Shown here: piece after piece, positions 1 through 9,877 of the stretch
Layout of the letters: each line of letters starts with the position of its first letter
Numbering within the stretch: the first letter of the stretch is position 1
Origin: a virus
DNA: 64,000 nt
Virus record (IMG/VR): IMGVR_UViG_3300037247_001314
Span: 1 to 64,000 of that record
Direction: 5' to 3' (one strand)
Position numbers and translations under genes: made by a program
The notes under the pieces: model-generated
Databases searched by the model: none
Seen by the model: the letters and a program-made list of their open reading frames with translations, nothing else
Told to the model about the DNA's origin: nothing

Positions 1-389
1 TCGAGCGTCCATTGGAGGTGGGCGAGCACAAGGATTATCTCACGGGTAAACGGGTCCATGACGTCAAACTCGACGCCGCGGGCAAGCTCAGCACGCGAAA
101 TGCCGATTTGTCGACGGAGGCGAATACTGGCGAAGGTGTTAGTGAACGTGCCTTTGTAGACGCGCTGGTTAGGCTTGGCATCTGCGGGCTTTGGCCATTC
201 AAAGTTGAACGTGAACTGCCGGGACATGCGCTTTTTGGTTTCAGCGTCGAGATCGTCCTTATCGGGCTTCTTCTCCGCCTCCTCGACGCGTTCCTTGCTG
301 TCTGCTGGGCCATCGAGGTTTGCGAGGGCTTCTTTGATGTGGGCGGGCTGCTCTGCGCCGCCCATGGTTTCGAACTCGGGGTTTGCCAT
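1..389 (-). CDS. Tail assembly chaperone-like protein (runs off the window edge)
   Basis: ATG at 389 with AAGGAG RBS; frame open to the window edge (MANPEFET...VYKGTFTNTFASIRLRRQIGISRAELARG); lies directly after the tail tube as in SPO1/Twort-like phages. Not in the ORF track because it is truncated. Confidence 0.65.
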   Translation of the reverse strand, partial: MANPEFETMGGAEQPAHIKEALANLDGPADSKERVEEAEKKPDKDDLDAETKKRMSRQFTFNFEWPKPADAKPNQRVYKGTFTNTFASIRLRRQIGISRAELARGVEFDVMDPFTREIILVLAHLQWTL

Positions 390-434
390 GAATAGATTCT
401 CCTTGTGTCTGGAGGGCTAGCCTAGCGCAGGCGC

Positions 435-467
435 AAAAACAAAGGGGCCACATTTGGGGCCCCTTTG
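435..467 (-). terminator. Intrinsic terminator after the tail tube gene
   Basis: Minus strand CAAAGGGGCC-loop-GGCCCCTTTG followed by TTTTT. Confidence 0.7.
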
Positions 468-493
468 CTCGCACAGTTGTCTGGACGTCTGAA

Positions 494-940
494 TCAGATC
501 TCAAACTCGTCTCTCATCCGAATGCCGACGAAGTCAACGTCGATGCCGACAATGCCCGTCGCATCAATGGAGAAGTTTCTCGACGTCACCGCCGCTTGTT
601 CCAGCGTCATGATGCCGGCGCCGGTCTGGTTGTCCTCAATCGCCACCGTCAGGAGACCCTGCGTGATGACGTTGCTGAGGTGCTCTTCGGGGTTGCTACC
701 CAGCTTGGGGAAGTAGCCGAGGCTCTTGAGCGTGGTTCTGACGACGCGCACAAAGCCCATCGAGAAGTTGACGCGATACCGAGTCGGCACGTTCTCCTCG
801 ACTTGGATGTTGTCGAGGGCCTCCACAGGCTCGTACTGAATCTGCTCGCCGCCAGAACAGTTACGCGCATAGCCGACTTTCTTGCCGGCAATAAGCAGCC
901 TGGCGCGTGCGCCAGTGAAGACCAGTCCTTTTTCTGCCAT
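494..940 (-). CDS. Tail tube protein
   Basis: 148 aa directly after the sheath; VFTGARA...GKKVGYA...YEPVEALDNIQVEENVP pattern typical of Twort/SPO1-type tubes; AGGAG RBS. Confidence 0.8.
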   Translation of the reverse strand: MAEKGLVFTGARARLLIAGKKVGYARNCSGGEQIQYEPVEALDNIQVEENVPTRYRVNFSMGFVRVVRTTLKSLGYFPKLGSNPEEHLSNVITQGLLTVAIEDNQTGAGIMTLEQAAVTSRNFSIDATGIVGIDVDFVGIRMRDEFEI

Positions 941-970
941 GACTCACTCCTAAAGGTGGCCTGTCTGGAC

Positions 971-3301
971 CTAGCTGGTTCGCAGCTGAGCCAGACTCAC
1001 AAGGTGTACGACGATGCGCACAAAGTTGATGGGGATCACAGGAGCCATTTCGACGCTCATATCCATGATGTCGAGGATAAGTTCCACGTCTAGGTTGCGG
1101 AAACCGACAAGAACGAACGCATCGACCAAAAGGCCCAAAGTTGAGACAGCGTTTGCACGCGCTGAAGTTTCTGTCCCCGAGAAACCATTTTTCCCGACGA
1201 TAAACTCCATGTTTGTGCGGAAGTTGAACACCGCGAAGTTAACAGCCTCGTTGACGCTAGCCTCAACGAACGCGAGATTGTTGTCCTTCAGGTGCGAAGT
1301 GACGTTGCGTACAACACGACGACCGACACCCTCGACGTCTTCGAGAAAGCAAGCGCCCCCGGTAATCATCTCCTCAGCGTCGTCAGTGGGATTCCAGGTG
1401 CTGTGCTGCCTGAATCCGGTGACGTTCATAAACTTGTGCGTGAGGCTGGTACCGACGGGCGAGCCCGCCTGCGCGCCAGCTACGATAGCCCCGAGAAAAG
1501 GCGTCTGGTACTCAGTGAGGTCCCCAGCTGGTGACGGGCGTTCGATAGCTTGGCCAAACACTCGCAAGTGTCGCGTGTTGAGGTTGACGATTGCCGCTTT
1601 GTATTCGGTCTTCGATGGCACGTCGGTGAGCCCGCTATTCAGCACACCGACAAAGCCATCACGCTCTGAGCGACCAATCCCGCCCATGAGTTCGATATGG
1701 GCATCAAGCGCAGCTGCGACAGCTGGGTCTCCAGACAGGTCAACGATGCTGTTGACGCGGACCCGCTTGAGCAGGTTGAGCGCGGTCTGGTAGTCGGCGA
1801 ACGTCGCGACGCCCTCAGAGCCTCCCGTGAGAGGAACCGGCGTGCTCGTGTTGTCTGGAACGCCAGTGGCCCCCGTCGACACGGCCGCAGTAATCAGCTG
1901 CGAGTTTTGGTTAATCCAAGTGACGATGGCGTAAAGGTCTGCGGTGTAATCAAAGTCCGCGGGGTCGAGGATTGACTGGCCCACAAGGTCGACATCAAAG
2001 TTGGCGGGGTCAAAGTTGCTCTGCCCAGTGAGCAACGTGTAGATGAAGCCCTCTGTCGTCGGTCCAGACACAATCTGCTGCTTGCTGTTGAAGTAGTCGT
2101 TGACCTTCAAGATGGTGTCCTGAACGGAGGTCAGGGCTTTCGCCGCTTCGACAGTGACGGTAACCGTCTGTGCTAGCTCGACGTCGCCGAGCACGAGCAC
2201 GTCGAAGAATGCGTAGGTGTCTGCCACAGACGGAACCGGAGTAGTGCCTATGAGTGCCACCACTTCCTTCAACGTTGCGCCAGCGACATCTCGACCAAAG
2301 ATGATGACGTCCTTGGTGGACGCGCCCGAAGACACCAGCGTCAGTGCCGCGTTGTTCACCCAGCAGTTGTCGCAGGTGATGAGGCCTTCTTCGGTGTTAA
2401 CTCCCGCAGGAAGCGTAAAGACGTCGACGCCAGCGCCACCGAGCTCGCGCACAGTAATGATGCCTACGCTCGTGCCCGTCACGCGTGCGCCCAAGAGGTC
2501 ACCCGCAGTCCAAACCACAGTGCCCGTTACCACCGTAGTGCCGTCAGACGCGTCGGTTGTCAGGAGTTCGATGGTGGGGACGCCAGCGACGAGGCCAAAG
2601 AGCTCCACAGATAGGCTTGTGTCACCTGCAGCAGCTGACAAGATTTCAGCAGCAACGGCGGTGATAGAGTTGTCGAGGTCGCCGTCTTTACCAACTGACG
2701 CGCGCGTGGCCACCACAGTCGTGTTGCCAGCAGCGTCGACAGTGGCGACAGCCGTGTCAAAGCCGTCTGGACCAGGAACGTAGCTGAGCTTGCCAAGTGT
2801 TTCGCCTCCGAGGTCGTCTTGGCTTTCGACGAGGTCCTCAAAGGTGATGGTGATGAGCTTGCCCTCAGTCGTCCCGTCCTGCAGATCCACGGTGATCTGC
2901 TCGGTGAACGCGCCGTAATCCTGCGACGTGAGGTCAATCGCGGGTCCATCGCTGTTGGGCAGCACGCCCGTTGATTGCACGGCCGGGTTGGCCTTCATCG
3001 CGACGTACTCGACGGCGCCCGCTGGGATGTCGGGGTCCTTTGCCGGCGAGAAGAGCATGTTGGCGACGTCTTTCAGCTGGCCGCTCCTGAACGCGCGGCT
3101 GGCCTTCTCGGCGCTGGTGTAGCGAGTAATGTCCTTCGCCTCGGTGATGTCCGAGACCGGTCGACCACCAACTGCTGTCCCGAGGACGGCAACGATTCCA
3201 GACGCCCCGATGGACGCAACATCCAATCCAGACGCGTCCACCTCGGAGTATGGGCCCGGAATACTGATCACGCGACCATTAAAAAAGATTGAAGTAGCGA
3301 T
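971..3301 (-). CDS. Contractile tail sheath protein (probable start at ATC 3301)
   Basis: PGPYSEVDAS N-terminus, LTGGSEG motif, GTSLTHK, PVIPINFV C-terminus; GAGGAG RBS 6 nt upstream of an in-frame ATC giving ATSIFFNGR. Confidence 0.9.
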   Translation of the reverse strand: MATSIFFNGRVISIPGPYSEVDASGLDVASIGASGIVAVLGTAVGGRPVSDITEAKDITRYTSAEKASRAFRSGQLKDVANMLFSPAKDPDIPAGAVEYVAMKANPAVQSTGVLPNSDGPAIDLTSQDYGAFTEQITVDLQDGTTEGKLITITFEDLVESQDDLGGETLGKLSYVPGPDGFDTAVATVDAAGNTTVVATRASVGKDGDLDNSITAVAAEILSAAAGDTSLSVELFGLVAGVPTIELLTTDASDGTTVVTGTVVWTAGDLLGARVTGTSVGIITVRELGGAGVDVFTLPAGVNTEEGLITCDNCWVNNAALTLVSSGASTKDVIIFGRDVAGATLKEVVALIGTTPVPSVADTYAFFDVLVLGDVELAQTVTVTVEAAKALTSVQDTILKVNDYFNSKQQIVSGPTTEGFIYTLLTGQSNFDPANFDVDLVGQSILDPADFDYTADLYAIVTWINQNSQLITAAVSTGATGVPDNTSTPVPLTGGSEGVATFADYQTALNLLKRVRVNSIVDLSGDPAVAAALDAHIELMGGIGRSERDGFVGVLNSGLTDVPSKTEYKAAIVNLNTRHLRVFGQAIERPSPAGDLTEYQTPFLGAIVAGAQAGSPVGTSLTHKFMNVTGFRQHSTWNPTDDAEEMITGGACFLEDVEGVGRRVVRNVTSHLKDNNLAFVEASVNEAVNFAVFNFRTNMEFIVGKNGFSGTETSARANAVSTLGLLVDAFVLVGFRNLDVELILDIMDMSVEMAPVIPINFVRIVVHLVSLAQLRTS

Positions 3302-3311
3302 GACTTACTCC

Positions 3312-3740
3312 TCAGCTCTGCATCCCTACGGGGCGGGCTTGGAACTGCTCAAAGAGTTCACGCCACCGCGCCATGGTGTGCTTGGTGTGGTCGTTTTGTT
3401 TTGCCCACGACGTGAAGCCGGCCAGCTGGTCGTCTTTCTCCGCCGTGGCACGGACGAAAACCTTGAGAGGCACTTCACCGGTCGCTTGCTCGCGTCGACG
3501 CAAGCGGGGTCCGGCGAGCACTCGCCCTTGGCCGTCTGGATTTGTTTTGGGGAGAGCTTCGAGCTTCGCGTCTCCGGGAGCTCCGAGGGAGGCAGGATCG
3601 ACCACCACGGTGGAAAGCTTCTTGCGGTCCTCGGCGGTCATGGGGCGAGACGCAGTTGCATTGCCCTCAGCGTCAGCGGGAGTGACGAGGACCCCCTTGG
3701 TGGAGGTCTTGGCGGGTGTGCTGCTGCGTGTTTTAGCCAT
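3312..3740 (-). CDS. Hypothetical virion-module protein
   Basis: Clean ORF with GAGGGAG RBS, in the position of the small gene preceding the sheath. Confidence 0.6.
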   Translation of the reverse strand: MAKTRSSTPAKTSTKGVLVTPADAEGNATASRPMTAEDRKKLSTVVVDPASLGAPGDAKLEALPKTNPDGQGRVLAGPRLRRREQATGEVPLKVFVRATAEKDDQLAGFTSWAKQNDHTKHTMARWRELFEQFQARPVGMQS

Positions 3741-3744
3741 CTGC

Positions 3745-4461
3745 TTATTCTCCCTCGGTGAGCGGGTTGACGATAGTAACGAGCGTCTTCACGCCGCCTA
3801 CAGCTTCTCCTGGCGTGCCCGGGTCATGCACGTGGATGCCCCCAACCTTCCATGCGCGGCCAAAACCGTCTGGTGTTACTTGGTTGTACTCCGTGGAGCA
3901 GTCGATAGTGAAGCGCCGCACAAAGAAGCCGGCAGGCATCCAAGCTTTGTCTGGAGCCAAATCGCTACCTGAATAGCTGAGGTGCAGCAGCCCACAGCCT
4001 TTGAGAAACTTATCCTTGGCGACAAGAAAGCTTTTGAGCAGCTGGTAATAGTAGAGCGTGATGTCAATGTGCTGCGTGATGACGAGGATGGTGTACTGGT
4101 GCTTCCAGATGGAACCTGAGATTGGCGCACCATAGTTGGCTACGCTCGGGTCGTCGAGCAGCTGCCCAGTCTCGTCGCCCATGAAGTGCGTCTCCTCATT
4201 TTCGCCCGTGAGCGTGAGGAAGAACCCCGGAAACTCCGACTCCCCGTGCGGGTAGCCGTGCTGGACGACGGGAGCACCTCGGTTGGTGAGGTCGTCGTCG
4301 TTTTCCCAGTAGGACCTCACGCGCGCGGCCTCGACCGCGCCAATGCCGAACGAAGGGTTGGGTACCTCCGCATCCGTAAACAGCCGCTCGATACTCGCTG
4401 GATCGGCGGTAACCTCGTCAATGCCGTCCTTGATGGCTTGGAAAAGAAAACGTTCAATCAC
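3745..4461 (-). CDS. Neck/tail terminator-like virion protein
   Basis: Probable GTG start at 4461 (VIERFLFQAIKDG); synteny upstream of the sheath; ITLYYYQLLKSFL and LSYSGSDLAP motifs. Confidence 0.6.
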   Translation of the reverse strand: MIERFLFQAIKDGIDEVTADPASIERLFTDAEVPNPSFGIGAVEAARVRSYWENDDDLTNRGAPVVQHGYPHGESEFPGFFLTLTGENEETHFMGDETGQLLDDPSVANYGAPISGSIWKHQYTILVITQHIDITLYYYQLLKSFLVAKDKFLKGCGLLHLSYSGSDLAPDKAWMPAGFFVRRFTIDCSTEYNQVTPDGFGRAWKVGGIHVHDPGTPGEAVGGVKTLVTIVNPLTEGE

Positions 4462-4508
4462 TGAAAGAGGGCCCCTTGCCCATACCCGGTATTGCGACAT
4501 ACTCGGGT

Positions 4509-4922
4509 ATGCCTAGAACTGAAGCACAAAAGCGTTGGCGACGTGAAAACCGAGAACGTGAGCGGGAGATGGATAGAGTCGCGACATCTCGACGACGACG
4601 AAACAACTATCCCGCTTTTAAGTGGAAAGAAATCAAAGCTGGGGCTGTTCGCCGCAACCTTCTCTTCGAGTTGTCCAAGGAAGACGTCCAGACGATCTTG
4701 GCGCGGCGCTTCTGCGAGATTTGCGGCGTAGAAACCAAACAAGGTGGCTGCGAAAGTGATCGTCGCACAACACCCTCGATAGACCGCGTCGACAACGCGA
4801 GCGGTTATACAGTTCAGAACACCGCACTTCTTTGTTATCGATGTAATACCCAAAAGGGGGACATGACTCTCGCCGAGGCTGAGCGGTTGGTTGCTTGGTT
4901 GCGTGTTCGCTCTCATCATTGA
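4509..4922 (+). CDS. HNH-family (EndoVII-like) endonuclease
   Basis: CEICG...SIDRVDNASGYTVQNTALLCYRCNTQKG; the only credible plus-strand gene, inserted within the structural operon. Confidence 0.8.
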   Translation: MPRTEAQKRWRRENREREREMDRVATSRRRRNNYPAFKWKEIKAGAVRRNLLFELSKEDVQTILARRFCEICGVETKQGGCESDRRTTPSIDRVDNASGYTVQNTALLCYRCNTQKGDMTLAEAERLVAWLRVRSHH

Positions 4923-5707
4923 CCAAATAACGCAGCGAACGCCTGCGGTGCGATTCTGTCCACGAACTTCTCAACGTCGCCCGTCAAGTTCGCAGCTTCA
5001 ATCCCGGGATGGTTCCATTTGTCTGGAACTGCCTCGGAAATCATGCGGAACGTCGTGAACGTGGATTGCGTGGCCGACTTATACGCTTTTTCTTGGCGCA
5101 CCATGCCCGCGTAGATGTCGGTGGAGTGAGCGGCTTTCAGCTTCGGTGCAATCCCCGCAGCTAGCCGGCCGCCGTAACTCACCTTCCCGCCCGGCTGTCC
5201 AGACGTTGGCGCGAGCTTCTTTGCTTGCTTGTAAACTGCGCGCCCAAGTTTACCCGCGTTCTCGACGAGGGAGTGCCCTTCGTACGCGCGTCCCATCGGG
5301 ACGCCACCACCTTGGCCAGCAGTGCCCGGGGTCTGGTGCCGGAAAGGAATCGCTCGGTAGAAATGCCCGTCGGCCGCTTTGCGCTTGCCCGCTTTGCCTG
5401 GGGACGCCAGAGGCACGTTGGGCCCGAGCAGCGTGGTGTGCATGTCGTAAGCGTCTGCCCCGAGCTCCACCATGTTGGGCAGCACGCCGACGAGTTCGAT
5501 GCTCGCAGTGAGGCCGTCGATCTCAATCTCTTGGATGCCGTTGATGTAGTCGCGACGTGTCGAGGTGAGCCGCTTGCCCGCTAACTGGATCCAGTACGCG
5601 CGAGCCCCCGCCATGATGTCGCGCAACACCATTTCCAGATGTGGCGTGTCCAGCGAGGCCAGTAAGGCGTCGTCGACGACATCAGAGATAATGACGGTGG
5701 TGATCAT
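4916..5707 (-). CDS. Neck/tail-completion-type virion protein
   Basis: FYRAIPFRH and FTTFRMISE...KWNHPG motifs; synteny with the neck genes. Confidence 0.6.
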   Translation of the reverse strand: MITTVIISDVVDDALLASLDTPHLEMVLRDIMAGARAYWIQLAGKRLTSTRRDYINGIQEIEIDGLTASIELVGVLPNMVELGADAYDMHTTLLGPNVPLASPGKAGKRKAADGHFYRAIPFRHQTPGTAGQGGGVPMGRAYEGHSLVENAGKLGRAVYKQAKKLAPTSGQPGGKVSYGGRLAAGIAPKLKAAHSTDIYAGMVRQEKAYKSATQSTFTTFRMISEAVPDKWNHPGIEAANLTGDVEKFVDRIAPQAFAALFGQ

Positions 5708-5709
5708 GG

Positions 5710-6552
5710 TTATTCGGGGTTAAGCGGCAGATGTTCCAGACGTACCATTACTTGCTGAGGCAAATGGACGATGTCCCCTTGTGGGGTTGTCGTCCTCGAC
5801 TTCTTTTGCTTCACCAGCGTCGTGCGGTTCAGTTTGGAGTGTTCCATCACAACCCAGGCGGGTCGGCAAATATAATGCAAGGCGATGCGGGTTCCTGCTG
5901 CCGGCTCCTTTCCTGTGTTCCAGACAATCTCACCTGCGACAACGGTCAAATCATGCTCAGTATATTCCGTGGCGACACTGCGCACCAGATTCAGAGCGCA
6001 GATGGGGTAGCGTGGCTCGATGAGGCTGGTGCCATCGGCTTCGATGACTTCGCTGTAAACCATCGTGTCGTCGAGGCTAATAATCCGGTCGTAGTAGCCA
6101 AGCTTGTTACCTGGTCGCACCGTGCACGATGCAGAGCCAAAAGCCCAGCGCCCAAGAACGGTGTAGATGTCGGGCTGACTCGTGGCGCTCACCATGAGCG
6201 CTTTGATGACGACAGCTTTAGCTTTGGCGACGATAGCGCATTGCGCGGGGTCAAGAGCGCCGATGGCTTTCTCATCCGCTACGTATTCATGCGGTGTGAA
6301 ATAAAGCCACCCAACGGCGTTGCAGAGCGTGCACTCGGGGTCTGGTTGCTGCGACTGTGGGTTTGGCCCCGTGCACGGGCAGAGCGCGCCGCGCGCCCAC
6401 GCGTAGCGAGGACACTTCGTCTCAATGAGTAAATCGAACGCGGTGTCGTTGACTTTGTTGAGCGTCTTAAAGTCGACGCGCTGGCCGCCCTCCTTGACGT
6501 CGACGGGCAACCCAATCACACCCGCGCCAACGAAACCTCCGCCGCTGCTCAT
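5710..6552 (-). CDS. Head closure/neck protein
   Basis: WARGALCPC...PDPECTLCNAVGW and LGYYDRI motifs characteristic of Twort-like neck proteins. Confidence 0.7.
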   Translation of the reverse strand: MSSGGGFVGAGVIGLPVDVKEGGQRVDFKTLNKVNDTAFDLLIETKCPRYAWARGALCPCTGPNPQSQQPDPECTLCNAVGWLYFTPHEYVADEKAIGALDPAQCAIVAKAKAVVIKALMVSATSQPDIYTVLGRWAFGSASCTVRPGNKLGYYDRIISLDDTMVYSEVIEADGTSLIEPRYPICALNLVRSVATEYTEHDLTVVAGEIVWNTGKEPAAGTRIALHYICRPAWVVMEHSKLNRTTLVKQKKSRTTTPQGDIVHLPQQVMVRLEHLPLNPE

Positions 6553-6566
6553 ATTAGCCCACCCCT

Positions 6567-7262
6567 CTATTTAGAGCGGTAAGCACCTTCAACTCGCTGT
6601 CGGTGACCGCGCTGGTACTCGTTCCAACCCACACCATGTCGGTACTTAGTTTGCCCCCCACAACCACATTTACAGAAGGGAGGCTCCTCGCGCTTGACGC
6701 TAACTGGCACCTTGACGTTGGCATGGCCGTGGGCAAACTTCGCCCAGCCGCGAACACGTTTCCACCTAACCGCAAGACCGCAACCACAACCACACTTAGG
6801 GGGCAGCACGCCCTCCGGAGGTAATCGCCCGCAGACATCTGGATGACTCTGATGTTCTTTCGCGTGGCATCGACGACAGAGAGGAATAAGACTCTCGTCG
6901 TCACCAGGACGTTGGTGGTGTGCATGAACATTCTCTTTTGTACCACAACGCAGACAAGGTCGGCCCACCACCAAACGTTGGCGCGCTTGTTTATACTCTG
7001 TTGTTGTGTAAACACCAGCTCCTGGTCGAGGTTCAACGTCTCGTAACCGTTTACCTGCATAACGTCGACGTGCCGCCTCACGTTGTTTTTTGCGCGTCGC
7101 TTCAGAAGTAGTCTGGCCCAGTCGAGCCCCTGGTTTATTACGAGACGCATGCCCCTTCCGGTAACGAGACCAGCCTTTACCTGGTCCCCAACGAACAGAG
7201 GCGCCGCACCCACATGCGCACGGGGGAGCGGGCTCAGCTGTGGGCGGGAGGTAGGTAGCCAT
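6567..7262 (-). CDS. HNH homing endonuclease with CxCGCG repeats and a NUMOD3-like segment
   Basis: Three CxCGCG...GH repeats, SEATRKKQREA, CLRCG...HAHH...LIPLCRRCHAKEH. Confidence 0.8.
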   Translation of the reverse strand: MATYLPPTAEPAPPCACGCGASVRWGPGKGWSRYRKGHASRNKPGARLGQTTSEATRKKQREAARRRYAGKRLRDVEPRPGAGVYTTTEYKQARQRLVVGRPCLRCGTKENVHAHHQRPGDDESLIPLCRRCHAKEHQSHPDVCGRLPPEGVLPPKCGCGCGLAVRWKRVRGWAKFAHGHANVKVPVSVKREEPPFCKCGCGGQTKYRHGVGWNEYQRGHRQRVEGAYRSK

Positions 7263-7291
7263 TCATCCAATGTTAGCTCGATATGGTATTG

Positions 7292-8353
7292 TCACGCAAC
7301 CCGCATGCGTAACCCCTTATAAGTACGAATGAGTTCGGGGTACTGATCTTTTAATTCCTTTGTATACTGTATAATTCTGGCCCCAAACCCAGCATTTGTC
7401 GCCGAGCTCGTCGTGTTGAACGACTGACTCAGACTGTCGAGGGAGATGCTCTGGCTCGCGATGCCAGCGCCCCCGAGGAGGTCACCGCCAATGTTGAGCG
7501 GGCCGAAGCTCGCTTCCTTGCCAATGACGTCTTTGATGTTCAGCGGCAGCGGATTGTCGGCGCCGAACCCCGCGAAGTAGGTGAGGCGAAACGCATTTGG
7601 GATGAACTTCGACGAGCGCAACCCTCGTAGCGCGTTGGCCGCCTGCGTTCCTGAGAAGCTGATTCCAGATGACGAGTCCGGCACAAGGTGCAGCTGGCCA
7701 AAGTCCTCCTGGAGCTGAAGCCAAGACGCGGGAAAGGCTTGCGCCACTTGCCCAGGCAGCATGAGTTCCACAACGGGCAATGTTGTGGCGTCGTCCTCAT
7801 CGTTAAGGATGGGAAACTCATCCGTGAGGAAAAACATGAAGGTCTCGGCGTCTTCACGAAACCAATCGTGTTTCTCGACGAAGCGCTTTGGGCACACCCG
7901 GACCTGCACCTTTTGCTCAAACTTCGCGATAGCGGCTTGGATGTAATGAACGTAGACCCTGTCTGGAAGCGGGATGCCTTGGTCGTTAGAGAGCGCGTCC
8001 TCAAGGCCGTACAGGTAGATGTCCTTGAGCTCCTGCACCGTTAGGGTTTTTTCGAACGTAGCGTCGACTGCCGGCGTGATGCCGAAGCGGACATCAACCG
8101 GAGTGCCCGGCACTGCGCTGTTCTGGAGGACGGGCTCATACTCCCAACCCTTCAGCGCAAGCTCGTCGAGGAAAAAGTAGTTGTAGACACCCGCCTGAAC
8201 AGTGACGGGGTCAATCTTGGTGACCAACGCAAAATCTTCGCTGGGTTTCTTTCGACGCTCCAGACGCACCGAATCGTAGCCCGCGGTCAGCAGCGACTGC
8301 GGGTCAGGGATGAAGATAAAAATCTTCGCTGGGTACGTCTGGATTTCAGCCAT
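7292..8353 (-). CDS. Head-tail adaptor/neck protein
   Basis: IPNAFRLTYFAGF and GAGIASQSISLDSLSQSFNTTSSATNAGFGARI, typical of the SPO1/Twort neck protein. Confidence 0.75.
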   Translation of the reverse strand: MAEIQTYPAKIFIFIPDPQSLLTAGYDSVRLERRKKPSEDFALVTKIDPVTVQAGVYNYFFLDELALKGWEYEPVLQNSAVPGTPVDVRFGITPAVDATFEKTLTVQELKDIYLYGLEDALSNDQGIPLPDRVYVHYIQAAIAKFEQKVQVRVCPKRFVEKHDWFREDAETFMFFLTDEFPILNDEDDATTLPVVELMLPGQVAQAFPASWLQLQEDFGQLHLVPDSSSGISFSGTQAANALRGLRSSKFIPNAFRLTYFAGFGADNPLPLNIKDVIGKEASFGPLNIGGDLLGGAGIASQSISLDSLSQSFNTTSSATNAGFGARIIQYTKELKDQYPELIRTYKGLRMRVA

Positions 8354-9068
8354 CGGTAACTCCCGTGATGAAGCGGAAGTCGCCCGAGGCTACCGTCTTG
8401 CGTCGGTTGCGTCGCACTTCGAAGGTGACATTGTTCGCGTCTATCCAGATGGTACGGCCAACCTCCATGTTGAGGTCGTCGATAATCTTCGTGATGAGCG
8501 CTGGCTTCAGCTCGTTGGCGCCAGTCCCATCAGTAAGGTTGAGGATGTCACCAACCTTCGAGAGCAAGAACTTTGTGGCCGCGCCGACGACGGTGTTCGT
8601 TCCGTTGACGACAGTAACGTCCCCTATTTGGCTTACGCCCGCCCGCTCTTCGTCCTGGATGTTGGCTTCCAGGTCCCACGCGTGCTCGGGGTCCTCGTCG
8701 CGCGCGACCGTGCTCTCGTCGGTGTCGAGGGTGTCCGCTGTGTCAATCAGAACTTCAGCTTGACCAAGCGTGTCCCCAGCTTGCGCAAGGTACCGAATAT
8801 CGGAAGAGCCTCTTTGCGCATCTTTAAACAACAGCGCGTCGACATTGTCGTCAACGCCGGGGGTTCGCTTCGAGGCGTAGCGGAGAATGATGTGTCGATC
8901 GGCTGTACCGTCCACGGATTCGTGAAGATTGATAGGGAGCCGCGGCAAGGGCACCACGTCAGGGTCGGTAAGGTCTGGCTCCGTGACCGTGACTAGAAAC
9001 TCGTCGCTGTCGCCCTTCACGAGCTCCAACAGTTGGTCGAATACGTCCACTGTGGGGTCAACGGCCAT
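8346..9068 (-). CDS. Acidic beta-rich virion protein
   Basis: Coupled ORF; GDVTVVNGTNTVVGAATKF fibre-like motif. Confidence 0.5.
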   Translation of the reverse strand: MAVDPTVDVFDQLLELVKGDSDEFLVTVTEPDLTDPDVVPLPRLPINLHESVDGTADRHIILRYASKRTPGVDDNVDALLFKDAQRGSSDIRYLAQAGDTLGQAEVLIDTADTLDTDESTVARDEDPEHAWDLEANIQDEERAGVSQIGDVTVVNGTNTVVGAATKFLLSKVGDILNLTDGTGANELKPALITKIIDDLNMEVGRTIWIDANNVTFEVRRNRRKTVASGDFRFITGVTDG

Positions 9069-9071
9069 CGG

Positions 9072-9365
9072 TCAGTCCTTGCACTCTACGTGAGCAGCGA
9101 GAGCCTTCTGGCTCTGCACTAAAGCTTGTAACGCAGATTGCGTCTGGACAACAGCTGTGATGGTGGACTGCGGAGCTACCTCTGCCATGAACTCGGTGGG
9201 TACGCCGATGAAACCTTGAAACTCTGCCGCCGAGGCTACGAGCGCTTGGGCTTGTTGCTGCTGCGCAATAGCCGCCTGCAGCTCGTGCCCCACAATCACC
9301 TCGACAGTGAGCGGATTGGGGCCGCACCACCACCCGTACGAAATCATGGGGAGAAACTTGCTCAC
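9072..9365 (-). CDS. Hypothetical protein
   Basis: Start overlaps the stop of the upstream gene. Confidence 0.5.
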   Translation of the reverse strand: MSKFLPMISYGWWCGPNPLTVEVIVGHELQAAIAQQQQAQALVASAAEFQGFIGVPTEFMAEVAPQSTITAVVQTQSALQALVQSQKALAAHVECKD

Positions 9366-9877
9366 GAGAGTTTTCGGCGAATGAGGATGTCTGGAAGAGA
9401 CGGATTAAATAGCGTCTGCACAGCGATCTCGCCGGTGCGGTTGATGTCATCTGCTGCGTCGGATTCAGTGTCGTAGATGTAGATCACCGCGCCTGATGGA
9501 TCGCCACTTGGCCCGTAGCCGCTGACAATGACGCGAGAGTTTTCTCCGAGAAGCGCCAGCACCCGCTTAGCGGTTTCGTCTTGGTCTCGAGCCCAGACAC
9601 GAAACTGTGCCGGCAGCGGCTCGAAGCGGGTGCTCCGTGTCGTGTGCAGCGCGTCTTCGTAAACGACGATGTAGCCTGCGATGGCGCCGGCCTCTGACGG
9701 CGTCCAGATGGCAGTGTACTGGCCGTCGGAGCCCACTGCGGTGAAGTCGATGGGGCTTTCAGGCAAGAGCGTGTCGTCGCTTCTGCGCAGCACCATGCGG
9801 GGAAAGGAGCCCGTTTCATACCCCTCCAAGCCGATGGAGAGGTAGAGCGGAAGCCCAACCTGCGCTTCGATGCTCAC
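9362..9877 (-). CDS. Virion protein, Ig-like N-terminus
   Basis: GQYTAIWTPSEAG and RVLALLGEN motifs; coupled ORF. Confidence 0.5.
   Translation of the reverse strand: MSIEAQVGLPLYLSIGLEGYETGSFPRMVLRRSDDTLLPESPIDFTAVGSDGQYTAIWTPSEAGAIAGYIVVYEDALHTTRSTRFEPLPAQFRVWARDQDETAKRVLALLGENSRVIVSGYGPSGDPSGAVIYIYDTESDAADDINRTGEIAVQTLFNPSLPDILIRRKLS

Noticed and set aside
6554-7270. 238-aa alternative-frame ORF overlapping the HNH gene
   Set aside because: Unlike the MTase beta frame, it carries no recognisable motif
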